Source: Proteromonas lacertae (lineage: Eukaryota). Taken from it: 64,000 nucleotides of DNA. Positions 24,268-37,461 of the stretch are shown piece by piece (within the stretch, counting starts at the first letter, position 1; every line of letters starts with the position of its first letter). The translations under genes and the position numbers were made by a program. The notes beneath the pieces are model-generated. The model was not told where the DNA came from. It ran no database searches and worked only from the letters and a program-made list of their open reading frames with translations. The stretch is taken from positions 62,001 through 126,000 of the forward strand of contig NGBS01001178.1 of the NCBI GenBank assembly GCA_002245135.1, given 5' to 3'.

Positions 24268-25334
24268 TTACTTTGATTTAGGATTATCAGAAACAATCAT
24301 ATTAAAACTACTACAAGATTCGTGATGTTCTGTATTCTTCAACGATGATCTAACACTTCTATTACATTTGGGTTTACTTGCATCACTTGGTTTTTCTTTA
24401 AATGAAGGTCTTGTATATGAAGTATCCAAAGAATTCTTAACATTCCTTGGAATTATTGACACTTTTGAATAATATTGTGCACAATTAAAACGAATAACAT
24501 ATTCAAATGTTGATTCCACCTTATCTTGAGGTAATGAGTGATCATATTGATACAATGGAGGTAATCGGTAAAATATTCTCTTTAACAATTCACAACAGCT
24601 TTCACTTGGATATTTGTTGTTTTTAAGGTAATAATCTTGAATTACACGAATGTTCTTTCTTCTATAGTCAATTCTTCGACATATTTCTTCTCCAACCATA
24701 TGCCTTATTTCTGTTTGTAGAAAAGTAAATTGCTGGAACGTTTTAGGCATTTTTGTGTATATTTCGACTATATCTTCAAATTCTAGAAAAGTTTTATTTC
24801 TTTGGAAAACATCCATCATTATCACATCTATACTCACAGGACTATGTATTTTTGTTACAAATGCTTGAAAAGAAGCCTATGAGAATAAATATGCATAAAA
24901 TACATATGGTATAGGTGAAAATGGTGTGATTTGAAAAGACGATAATAATACTATTGCAATGTAAATAACGATAGAAAATACATTTCAATGTATATTCAGG
25001 AGGGAAAAATAAAATGGACAAAACATACCACACAAACTGGGACGATGTAAACTCTTCTATATATTTATGTATAAGTGTATATACTATATATTGAGCCTAA
25101 AGCTAAATTTACAGGATTTGTCCCTGATATACCACGAATTATATTTGTAGGTGTGACAATCGTACTGTTATTAATATATCATAGATTTAATATACTATTT
25201 TGATTTAATATCGTAATACAGTTTGAAAAAGTGTTCGATTTCTTCATTGTTTACTATAGTTTAATATCACAAACTTTTATACGGTATAAGTACTTGGCTA
25301 GCAACAAACTATTACCACCTAATTCATCAGACAT
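24268..25334 (-). CDS. Uncharacterised family protein, paralog 2 of 3
   Basis: Tandem duplicate of 22994-24021 with the same intron positions. Confidence 0.75.
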
Positions 25335-25486
25335 TATCGCTTGTGTTTTGGAATTCTTTCATATCGTTTCTTTTTATTGTCTCTCAAGCTATAGTCAAGC
25401 TTCTCTTCATTTTTTTGAAAAGAACTTATTAGTTGTGCAATTATCTTGCAAAAATATTATATCTGTCGTATTAAGAGTAAATTGAC

Positions 25487-26618
25487 ATGATATTGTTTTG
25501 TGAGGCATTCTATGGAGGATCTCACCAACAATTTATTGATCTATTACATTTAGAATATTCCGATAGTGATTTGATTATTTTATCACCCAAAAAGTTCCAT
25601 TGGAGGATGAGGTATTAATATTCTGATAATAATCTATACTGTAAATATAGAACATCATCATATGAGTTGTCATTGATAATACCACGTGGAAAAGAGTATG
25701 ATAAATTATTTGTATCATCTACTTTTAATCTATGTGAATTATTAGGTTTAAGACCAGATCTATTAAAATGTAAGAAATTTTTATACTTTCATGAAAATCA
25801 ATTAGCATATCCAAAGCAAAAGAAACAAGAAAGAGATGTTCAATTTGGTTTAAATCAAAGTTCTATCTTGTGTAGTTGCAGATCACATATTATTCAATTC
25901 ACAATACAATTTAAACTCTTTTTATGAAATGATACCAACATTTTTAAATTCTTTTCCATACAAAATTGAAGTTGACTTAATATCTTTAATGTACAAGTCA
26001 ACAGTATTATATTACCCAATACAAAAGCCAATAGTTCCTTCTACTATCAATTGTACAATAGATAAACCTATTAATATAGTGTGGCCACATAGATGGGAGC
26101 ATGACAAGAATCCCGACTCATTCTTCAAAGTTTTATATAAACTTGATGAAAAAAACATTCAATTCACCTTAACAGTAATTGGTGAAAAGTATGAAGACTC
26201 GCCTGAAATATTTACTGAAGCAAAATTGAAATTATCTAAACATATAAAACATTGGGGATATGTACAGTCAAAAGAAGATTATTGGAAGTTATTATTTGAA
26301 AGTAATGTTGCTGTTTCTACTGCTAATCATGAATTTTATGGTGTAAGTATGTTAGAGTGTTGTTTAGCTGGATGTTTTGTATTATGTCCTAATAGGTTGT
26401 CGTATCCTTTTATATTCTCCAAAGAGCATTTATATACGACTGATACTCAATTGTATAAGAAATTGAAAGATATATGTGTAAGGCCAAGTGAAATTTTGAA
26501 TGATTATAGAAAGAGTGGTTTATATGAAGATTACAAACAACAGACTGTTGAGTCTATTTCGAATTATCAATGGCAGCACTTGAAAACAAATTATGATTAT
26601 CTTTTGAAGATTAATTAG
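25487..26618 (+). CDS. GTDC1: GTDC1/QTMAN-like GT-B glycosyltransferase (DUF3524); apparent +1 frameshift at ~25858
   Basis: EAFYGGSH, YFHENQLAYP, WPHRWEHDKNP, STANHEFYGVSMLE and PNRLSYP motifs. Removing one A at 25857-25859 restores NQVLSCVVAD. Confidence 0.88.
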
Positions 26619-26764
26619 TATTTATTCTATTTATAACTTTAGTATAACTACTTTTTTGTTTGGAAGTCTAAAAAAAGTACCTATTTTGCCTTTTAAAATT
26701 AAGGAATGGATATTGTTCGGCTTGAATGAATGAAAAAAAACTGAATGATATTTTTTAATTGAAT

Positions 26765-27833
26765 ATGTCAGAATCTCTTGATGGAAACTCTTTTCTTTTG
26801 GCGCAGTGCATATTTCGTATATCCTCTTTGTTATAGTATGTTAGTAAATAAGGAAGAGGTTGACTATCTTCAAAAGTTGTACAAGATACTCATAATACAA
26901 ACGTATAATAATTCCATTCTATAAATTAGACCACATTTGCAACCAACAAATATTATAAAATCAGCCGTAGGAACGAATATAATAAATATCTCTTTAGGAT
27001 CTATTTTTCGTATATATAATTTCCATTTTTTTAATACAATGATAGATGATATGACTTTTCAAGATTTTTTCTGGTATACTATGTCAATTATTTTCATGGA
27101 TATTTCCGATATGCTTAAAATTATTCTTGCATCCTTTCAAATATCTCCATACAATCCAATATCATACATAGACCTTTTTAATTTCTTTGTAAAGATTAAT
27201 TCAATAACACCAGTAATGGATACTATTTTAAGAGGATTACCACAACGAAACAAACAATTTATTATGTTTGATGAACTAATAGAAATATATAAGACAAAAC
27301 CGGAATATTTTGTGTTAATAGATGATTTAAAAAAGGAATTTAAAGATTATATAGGCAATGATTTTTGTAATACAATTAAAGAAAGAATATTACATATTGA
27401 TGAAATAAAAAATTATCAAGATACACATGGGACTTATCCTTCTGAACCTTGTACATATAAATTAAAGAATATATTGCTAAAAACACCACCGAAATATAGG
27501 TATGATTATTCAATCTCACTCTCTTTACTTCCTTCTACGATTGATAAACTATGTAGGTGTTATTGTAGTAAATATATGAAAAATTGTGGACAGAGAAGGT
27601 CGTCTATGCATCCTTTGAGGAAATCTAAGTTTATCGAAGCTTCAGCTACTGTGAATCCATTAAATCTTAAGAGAAAGAAAACTACTGTTGATAATGATAA
27701 TGTAAGTGTTCCAAGATCAAGAAGAAGCCAAATGAACCAGTCGTTCATTGAGGTGATGTCTAATACTTCTGATAGGAATTTGAATCACACTGTTCATACA
27801 AATAGAGCATCCATAATTCCTATACAGAATTGA
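26765..27833 (+). CDS. Uncharacterised family protein, paralog 3 of 3 (divergent, inverted)
   Basis: MSESLDGNSFLL resembles MSDELGGNSLLL; shares PTNII...GTN.(I/V)N.(S/A)LGSI and LASFQ.SPY. Confidence 0.75.
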
Positions 27834-27996
27834 AATATACTTATTAATTTAAATAAGTGATAATGTGTATTGTTGATGTATATTTATATTTATTTAATTG
27901 ATTAATTGTGTATTTGAATGTTTTGTGTTTGTTTTAAATAAAGAGATGATGAAATATTCTATAATACAAATTTGCTGTATTTTTGTGTGTATTAGG

Positions 27997-30363
27997 ATGT
28001 ATCCTCACTTTTTTGCTTCTATCTCTTTCATTTTATCATTTATCTATTATGCAACAAATGTTTATCCTACTATAAGTGTTGGTAATCCAGGTGAATATAT
28101 TACAGCTGCTTATACTTTTGGTAATACTTATCCTCCAGGATATCCAACATATATTATGTTAGCTCAAATATTTCTATTAAATCCATATGGAAATATAGCT
28201 TGGAAACTCAATATAATGTCAGCATTTTTGTCATCTTTAGTTTCTATGTTTGTTTATTTAATTTTAGAGTTGATATATGATAAACCGTCATTTAATATGT
28301 ATAATATATATATATTATTCGTCTATTGTTAATATATAGATCAGTTTGTAATTTCACACTTTCTATGTGGTATACAATGTCACACACAGCAAAATATTAT
28401 GCAGCAGTAGCAGATGTATTCTCATTAAATGCAATGTTATATACACTGTTGTTATATACATTTTTATATTCATCTAAATATCAATCAAAGTATAGTAATA
28501 ATTGGTTCTATTTAATATGTGGTTTAAGTTGTACCTGTCATCACACATTAATATTTATGGTAATTCCATTATTTGTATTTCACATATTAATCATATTTAT
28601 CAATATAAATAAAGGTAATTGTTTTGATTATAAATATACAATTCAACATATTTTCAATATGTTTTTGTTCTTATTTATTGGATTATCTCCATATTTTTTC
28701 TTATTTGAATTAGATGAAAATAGACCGATCGGAAGTTGGGGAGATTTATCAACATGGAGTGGTTTTTTGAAACATATTTTAAGATATGAAATTAATAATG
28801 AATATTATTTACCACCTAAAATTAATATAACCTCGCAGTTGTATAATTCAAATTTTTGGAAGACAGTTAATGAAAAACAATACAAATACTATATGATTCC
28901 AATTACAACAATTATATTTATAATCTTTCTAACTATTCCATATTTATATAAAATGATAAATATATCAAATCACTTAAAACATTGGAATGAGAATAGAAAA
29001 TCATTTACATATCATTTATACTTTATTATCACCAATTCATTTTTATATTATTATTTAGTGTATAAGAATTATAAAGGTCTGGAAGGCCATTTATTTCCTA
29101 CTAATACATATCAATACTGGATGGTATTGTTTATTAATTTGTCAATATTATTATCATTCATGATAAACATTATTCTTAGTTGCTTTAGTGTATTTTGGTG
29201 GTTTATTTGTATATTTTTTTATTGTTTTATTTAGTAGATGTGGAAATTATATTATCAGCTGCTTTATTGAAATATCAATATGATAATTTCAGTTATTTTC
29301 AATTCAGAGATCATGATTTCGCTGAGAAAACTCTGGGATTTATATATGACAAAACACTACCTAATTCTTTAATACTAATGAATGATTATCTATATTATGG
29401 AATGTTGAGATATTATTTCTATTGCTACAGAATTGATAAAACTAAAACTTTATATTTTCCTTTACAAATGGGAATGAATTGGTATTTAGAAAGAGATGAA
29501 GAACAACCAAAACAACGAATAAGAGTACAAACAAAACAATTTCTCAAACCTAATACAAAAGGTTTGAGTATTATAACGGATAAAATTTCTAAAATGAATT
29601 TTCAGCATTATAGAGCTATATATTCTGATATTCTTACATTCTTATATACTCCTGTTATTTCAATAGTTGATAAACACAATACTTCATTGCTTTTACCTCA
29701 ACATTTGTTGTTTAGATATTTTCCAGATGATGAAACTATTTATCAAGCGAAATTATGGACTGAAACTGTTATTGAACAGTATTATACACTTAAAGATGTT
29801 ATTATTAAGTATTATCCAGCTCCAATGTATATATATATATATATATATATTTATTAAAATAAATAGATATGTTTTACCTCCTGAAGATATTCTATTATCA
29901 AAAATTTGTTTGATAATTTGAATTGTTTGATTGTTCAATTAGCTAATTTTATAGATTTAGTTGAAAATAATAGGTTTGAATATATCAATAACTTTTATAC
30001 CTTAGCAATTGATTATTTCAAGTTAATTCTGCATTATGAAATACATCATCGTATTATCTGTAATTATATATTTATTTAATAGCAACACCTGGAATTATTA
30101 CAAAAATGGAAGAATATATACCTTATATGAGGAAATACTTGAAAACAGAGTTGGAACAGAGAATAAAGATATATTATTCCACAAAATTGTTTATTGATTT
30201 GAATATATGTGATAATGAAGAGAAATATGTAGAGTTTCTACTGTTATTCAAAAAATATATGACAGGATACAGGAAGAAAGATACTTTGAATTATTTGAAG
30301 GATTTAGAGCTGTATGTTGATTACAGAGAAGCTATTGAATCACAAATTGCTGAGTATTTGTGA
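27997..30363 (+). CDS. TMEM260/DUF2723-like multi-pass membrane glycosyltransferase
   Basis: VGNPGEYITAA...PPGYP, DVFSLN, CHHT and SWGD...GFLKHILRYE motifs; about 5 introns; start codon uncertain. Confidence 0.8.
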
Positions 30364-30541
30364 GGAGTATAATATGTTGTTTATTAATTTATTTATTTTT
30401 GTTTTATATAAGTGATTTTTACAATAATACATACTTAAAAAATTCTCGCAATGGTAATTTTGATGAAAAAAGAGAAAAAAAAGAATATAATGACAAGCAA
30501 AGGCTTGTTTCAAAAGAAAATCGAAAAAGTGAAAAATTAAT

Positions 30542-32568
30542 ATGGACAACTACACTGTAATTCGATCTTTAGGTACTGGTTCTTTTGGTACTGCAGAATT
30601 AGTGAGACGTAAGTCAGATAAAGAATTTTTAGTGATAAAACGAATAATGATCGAAAATATTAAAGATTTAGAGGCAAGTGATTGTCAGAATGAAGTATAT
30701 TTGATATTTATTATATATGTCCTATATAATAGGTTGAGGTACTTAAGAAACTAGATCATCCAAACATTATCAAATATTATGGTTCTTTTTACGATAAACA
30801 AAGTTTTAACATAGTAATCGAGTATGCTGATGGTGGTGATCTGTCTAATAAAATAGCTCTAGCAAAAGAAAAGAGTGAGTATAATTATCTCTATCAGTTA
30901 TACATGTAGATATCTCCAAGAAGATGAAATTCTCTATATTTTCGCCCAAATATGTTCAGCCATCAAGACAATGCATCATAAACACATACTTCATCGAGAT
31001 CTCAAAACTCAAAATATATTTTTGACTAAATCACTTATTGTAAAATTAGGTGATTTCGGCATATCAAAAATACTTACAAATACTACAGATTGTGCTAAAA
31101 CAATGATAGGCACACCATATTATATGAGTCCTGAATTATGTGAAGACACTCCTTACAATACAAAATCTGATATTTGGAGTTTGGGATGTGTTCTATATGA
31201 AATGACTACTACAAATAGAGCGTTTAATGCGAATAATATTTGTGCAGTTGTTATGAAGATATTAAGTGGTAAATATCCACCTATTCCTGACAGATATTCA
31301 GATGGGTTAAGATTATTAATAAGTATATATATATATATTCAACTAATTTTATTATTTATTATATTTATTTATTGTTATTAGATCGAATGTTACAATTAGA
31401 TCCAAAGAAAAGACCGTCAATCGATGAAATTGTTGCTAGTCCAATCGTCCAAAATGCTTTAACCAATTGGGGACAATTAACCCAAACCATCAAAGCCAAT
31501 AATAGAATATTCGGATCAAGATCTTCATCCTCTCCTAAACGAAGTAATAAAAAGAATTTAATAACAAGTCCATCACCAGCTAATGGCATGGGAAGAAAAC
31601 AGCCATATAACCAAGTAAATGATGATCCTACAACTCCATCATCAGCATTATATTTAACACGAAGAAAAGGAGAAATAAAAGCATTTGCTGATAAGTATGT
31701 CAATCCAGAGCAAAGAGACAAGATAATGGCTGATAGAGAAAGAGTTAAATTGGAAAAAGAGAAAAAAGAAGAAGAAAAAGAATCTGAAATACTGAAAGAA
31801 AAAGAGTTAAAACAATTGGCAAGAGAAAGAAAGAAACAAATTGAATATGAAAGACAAGAGAAAGCAAAAGCATTAAAAGAGCATGATAAAGAATTCCATA
31901 AGAAAATGAAATCAGTAAAACCAACACTATCAATTTCACAATTAAAAAGAGAAGCACGAAAAAATAATAAAGTTCATTCAGCAGATGATTTTACTGTTGA
32001 AATATGCATTCCAAATATGACAAAATCTCAAGTAGTTGAATCTAAATCTGAATCTTCATTAAATGAACCACCACCAATTGTTATTGAAAGAGATAATAAT
32101 TATAGAAATAATAATAGAAAATATTCATCTTCTGAAAGTAAATCTGATTTGAATAATGATGATATTGATACTGTTGTAATACATAAAAATTTAGTTGATG
32201 ATTATTCAACTCCATCTACACCAGATATTGGTCAATGTGATGAAGTTTATAACTGTGAAAAAGAGAATGAATTGGCTATTGAAATGAGTAAATTAAAAAA
32301 TGCAAAACCATCCACACCTGAATCTCATTCTTCTACTAATACTACTACAGCTAATAATGAAGAAGAAGAACCACTTGGAACAAAAATAGAAAAGTTAAAA
32401 ACTCAATGTGAAAAAGCCTTAGGTTTTGATTTATTTATGGAGTTATATAGATATCTGAGAGATCATACTGGTGATACATTTGCACCTGATTTTGTACCTT
32501 CTGATAAAGTGATGTATGTAAGTAGAGTGTTGAGAATAATATCCTATGAGAATGAACTGTTTAAGTAA
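30542..32568 (+). CDS. NIMA-related (NEK) Ser/Thr kinase
   Basis: LGTGSFG, HRDLKTQNIFL, KLGDFG, GTPYYMSPE and KSDIWSLG motifs; coiled-coil tail; 3 introns. Confidence 0.93.
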
Positions 32569-32732
32569 AAGAAAGAATGGGTTTTAAATAAAAAATAAAA
32601 AAAGAAAGAGTATATAGATATTTTCTATTTTTGTTCTGATTTTGTTTGTGTTTTGTTTGTATTATTTAATAATTAACAGTATAAAATTTATAGTATCTTG
32701 GGTTATATTGATAAAGAAGGTGACAATTTAGC

Positions 32733-35265
32733 AGATATTACACTACAAGTTAAAATATCTATTTATATCTCTTATACATTCTATAAATATTCAACTCCAT
32801 CAATAAATATTAAATATCATCTACATTATGTTTATATCACATTTCATTATCAAAAACACTAACTAACACTAAAAATTAACATTCATCATTTATATCATCA
32901 CAACATATACAATATACATTAATAAATCACAATTGAGTATTATTGTCTTTATCACACCTTCTGCAATTGAATTAAATCACATTTTAAGTTTGGGGTTATT
33001 CAAAATTTTGATAAAAATTGAATTTCGTTATTTTTGTTTTATATTTACATAAAGATGATAATAAAAGTGAATAAAGCAATAAGAGAAGAGGGGTATATTT
33101 TGTATTTATTTTTATGATAGATTATGTCGAAAATTGGTCGAAAGTGGTTTTGGTGATATAGAAGTGAAGATTAGAGATAATCGAATAATGTCAATCAAAT
33201 CAATTTTAGTGAATGGAAATGAAACTGTAAAGAAACTGTTGTTAGATAGTGAGTTTGTTGGAGTTTTCGAGTTATATGAAGAAATCGAAGAAATTGGATA
33301 TTATGAGATGGAGAAATACTACAGTGGTGGTGAACTGATAATCTGTAAAGAGAGTGTATGTGAAGTGTTGATGTTTTGTTTATGTTATAGTGAAAAAGAG
33401 ATAATAAATGATTGTTATGAATTTATGAAGAATAATATAGATGATGAAGTATTAATGAAGTTAATTCATATATGTAATGTATTTGGTGGATGTTTGAGAG
33501 AGATAGAAGACTTGAAAAATATGGAAATAGAAAAGCGAGGATATAAATATTTATATAAGAATGAATATTTGTTGAGATTAGAAATGAATAATTTGATGGA
33601 GATATTAAATATGAAAGATGTGATAATAGTGAATGAGTTATGGTTATTAAATCGATTATTCGAATGGTATAAATTCCAAAAGAATAAGAAAGAAAATAAA
33701 GAGATAGAAGATGATTTTAAACAATTGATAGAAGAAGATATTGATGGTGAAAAGATAAAAGAGAAAGAGATGGAAAAAGAGAATAAAGAAATGTTGAAAG
33801 AAATGAAAATAGAATTAAAAGAGAATGAATGTAAAAATCATATAGAAATATATTTAATAAAAGATGAGAGAATTCAAAATGTAATAATCAACAATTACAA
33901 TGAAGATAAAGATGATGAAGACTTTAATGAAGAAGAAAGAGAAATATTGGATAAAATGAAAGAAGAAGAATTGAATGATGAAATAATGTGTATATTAGAA
34001 ATGGATAATATAAAAATGACCGAAATAGTATTGATGATAATGAAATATAAAAATATGAAAAAGGAAAGTATAAATACTAAAAATATATTTAAATAGAATA
34101 TATCTCAAATATCGAAAAGAGAAATCTATTGGAAAGATTATGTATAGAATATAATGAGAATAAAAGAAATCAAACAATGAAATGTTTATGTTTGTTTGTT
34201 GATGATAAAAAGAATGATTCAATAATAGAAGAAGTATGTGGAAAAGAAATTCTTTATAGAATATTGAATGAAGATAATTGTCTAAACTCCAAATCTAAAG
34301 AAATATTAACAGAATATATAAAAGAGAATAAACTGAGTTTAAAAGAAGAAGAAGAAATGATAGAAATAATGAAAGATAAAGAATTATTGAAAGAATTAAA
34401 AACAAAAGAAATCACATCATTTTCATATCCTCAATCAGAATATTTATTTGGATTAAATGAAGAAATATCAATAATTCCATCATTTGATGGAAATCGATGT
34501 GAATTTTCAATCAATCCTTCATTGCCAGATGGAATGATGATAGAAAAAGAAAATGGAATAATTAATGGAAAAATGAATAAAGAAATCAAAAATAGAGAAT
34601 ATGAAATAAGTTGTAAGAATATTGTAAATGAAAAGAAATTTAAAATATCATTAGAAATTCGGATTAAATTCACAGAATTATACAAAAGTGATGGAATATC
34701 AATCTCAAATAATGGAAAATTAATAACAAATACAATTTATGGTTTTAATCATTGTTATTTGAATTTGAAAATGGAAGATGGAGTTTATCATATCAGATAT
34801 CAATTTCATCAAAATGAATATGAAGATGATTATGATTCAATTATGTTAGGATTATCAACTGATAATACATATTCTGAAGATAATATTTTTGAAGAATCAA
34901 CAACATGTAATTATAAAGCATCTTATGGTAAAAGTAGATATATTACTTATTATTGTCAAATTGGAAGAGTTGTTAATAAAAATCCTAATATCAAAAATCA
35001 TGGAGATGGTTCAATTTATGAAGTGATTGTTAATATGAATAAAAGAGAATTTTGGATAAGTCATAATAATTCATCTCCTGTTTTACTTGTTAAAGATTTA
35101 CCTACTCCATTATATCCTTATGCGGTGTTAGGTGAATATAATTCACTTGAATTATTATCAGTTTCTCATCATTGAAGTTAGATAATATGAAAATTTTAAC
35201 ATTTACATTCTTCATAATGTGTTGTTATTAATATTAACTCAAAAACAAAGAAAACATAAATAGTT
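32733..35265 (+). repeat. Third copy of the BTB-Ig-SPRY duplication unit, including its upstream and downstream flanks
   Basis: Starts at CAGATATTACACTACAAG, matching ~13083. Extends through the 3' flank matching ~15530-15615. Confidence 0.9.
33055..35175 (+). CDS. BTB/BACK-like + He_PIG Ig-like + SPRY/B30.2-like protein, copy 2 (intact)
   Basis: Two introns at the same positions as copy 1 join ORFs 33134..34096 and 34129..35175. Confidence 0.8.
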
Positions 35266-35463
35266 TAAATTGAAATTAAGTTTAACTATTTTTGAAATCA
35301 AGCGTTGTTTATTACGAAAAAGCAGATAAATAAATAATATAAGATAACAATTGTATGTGTATATGAGTGAGAATATAACCCTATACAATCAACATGATTA
35401 TAAAAAATGTCAAAAACTATTATTTACAGCAAATTAATCCTTTATTGGTATTTTATTATCATC

Positions 35464-37142
35464 TTACTCTTTCTTTATATCATTTATTTCTGTTACATTA
35501 TCAATTCTTTTAAAATCAGGAAATCTTTGAGAAAAAGGTAAATCAAATTGAATATTATTCTCTTCAATAGATTGAAAAAAATGTTTCAGTGAAAATAAAG
35601 GATTTTCTAATTCATCAATGTATTTAGGTTTATAAAAATAATCAACTGATTGATATTGAACATAGGACAATTCAATACTTCCACAATCATTACTCATTGG
35701 TATATTCATTATATTACCATTTGGATAAAAAGGTATATAATAAGGCATTCCATCATTTTGTAATTGAATATTTGATGAAATATTAGAATTAGGAGAAGGA
35801 GGAGGAGGAGGAGGAGATGGTTGTGGAATTAGAGGTGTTAATATAATTGGTTGTTGTTGTTGTTGTTGTTGTTCAACAGGTATCAAAGCAGGAAAATCAT
35901 TCTGTAAGCAATCTTCCATATCTTCATGTATAGTTGGAGGTGGAGGTAACTTAATACCATACATTGCAGATGGTTCTTCCTGTTGTTGCTGCTGTAAATG
36001 TAATTCTAACATTTGTTGCTGTATTAATTGTTGTTGTTGTTGAAATTGATGTAATTGTGAATTAGATGTTTGAGATGGATTTGATTGTATATTATTATTA
36101 TTATTATTATTATTATTTACATTTGCCATATTCACTGCCAGTTGCTGTGGTTGTTGAGGAATATTTGATAAAGGAACAGGTAAAGTGTTTATTGGATTTG
36201 TTCTAATCATTGAACTAGCTGTTGGAATACAGAAAATATTATTACGACGATTGAATTTATGATTTTCTAATTTGTTATAAAGTATTATTCCTTTTCTTAA
36301 ACTATAAGGATTTAATTCATATTTCGATATTTGTGAAAATCTATTAATTTCATTTTGTATTACTTTTGTTAGAAATAATTCATTCGTTTTGTCATCTTCT
36401 TTTTCACCATCTTCTATATCTATTCTACATCCTTCATTCATTGATAATTTGAGTGAAATAGATTTTATATTCTTCAGAACATTTTTTGTTGAATTAATGA
36501 TTGGGTATAATTGCTTGGATTTCGATATTTCATCTAATATTTCTTCATTAGTATAGAATTCTCTATTAATACATTAAATATATTATTAATATATACATAG
36601 GTCCTTCATCTAGATAATTAGTTAGCTTCTTAAATCGGTTTTTAATCTGCAATTCCGATCTTCTGTTCATATTTTGTCTTATTAATCTCCACTGATTACC
36701 ATATTGTTTAGATAAATCTAATAATAATTGATCTTCCTTTTCAGTCCATGGAGCTTTATTGATTTTTGGATCAAGTTGGTTAGTAAAATGATCTCTACAC
36801 TGCTTTCCTGTACGATTTGGTAGATCACTTGCTATTTCTGACCAATTTCCTTCTCCATATACTTGTATTAGTTCTAATAACTTCTTATCTTCCTCTGCTG
36901 TCCATGCGCCCTATTAAACAGTTAGTTGATAATATACCGTCTTTTTATTAGTCAATTGTATATATCTCATTTTATAATCTGTTGCTGATTTGGAAGGGTC
37001 TAAAAAATGAGGAGCGTCAGCCCAATTCTGTTTATATTCTTTTGCGTAGTTTAATAATTTCTTATTTCAATATATTTTGATAAATATATACATTATCTTC
37101 TTCTGGTGTCCATATAATCTCTCGGCTTTCTTCGCAAAACAT
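35464..37142 (-). CDS. Three-repeat Myb transcription factor with Q/P/N-rich C-terminus
   Basis: WTPEED, GAWTAEEDKKL...WSEIA..LPNRTGKQCRDHF..QLDP and PWTEKED...YGNQW...IKNRF; 3 introns. Confidence 0.9.
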
Positions 37143-37461
37143 AATTTAAAAATTTGGGGTATTTGAAAAGAATTTCCGAAAACCTGAAAAGAAAATTATA
37201 CACAATTGCATAAATATATCATTCAGTTGTTTATGTAGCCCTAAAAATTGTTTTATAGCTTGCATAAAACTATAAATTTTCAGTGAAGTAGTTATTTTGC
37301 TTGTAACTCTTACATTGCGCTTTACAGCCATCTTAGAACTACAGAGGGGTATATTATCTAACTAAAGATGCAATAAACATAACAGGTTATGACAACTAGC
37401 TTAAAGATGGAAATAACCCTATAAACAAATTTGAAAATACAACATGATATAAATGATAGTA

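Noticed and set aside
35376..37455. Short similar motif ATAACCCTATA...CAACATGAT on both sides of the Myb gene, as a possible TSD or telomeric seed
   Set aside because: Imperfect, differently spaced, only a single TAACCC unit, and in low-complexity AT-rich DNA; insufficient support.
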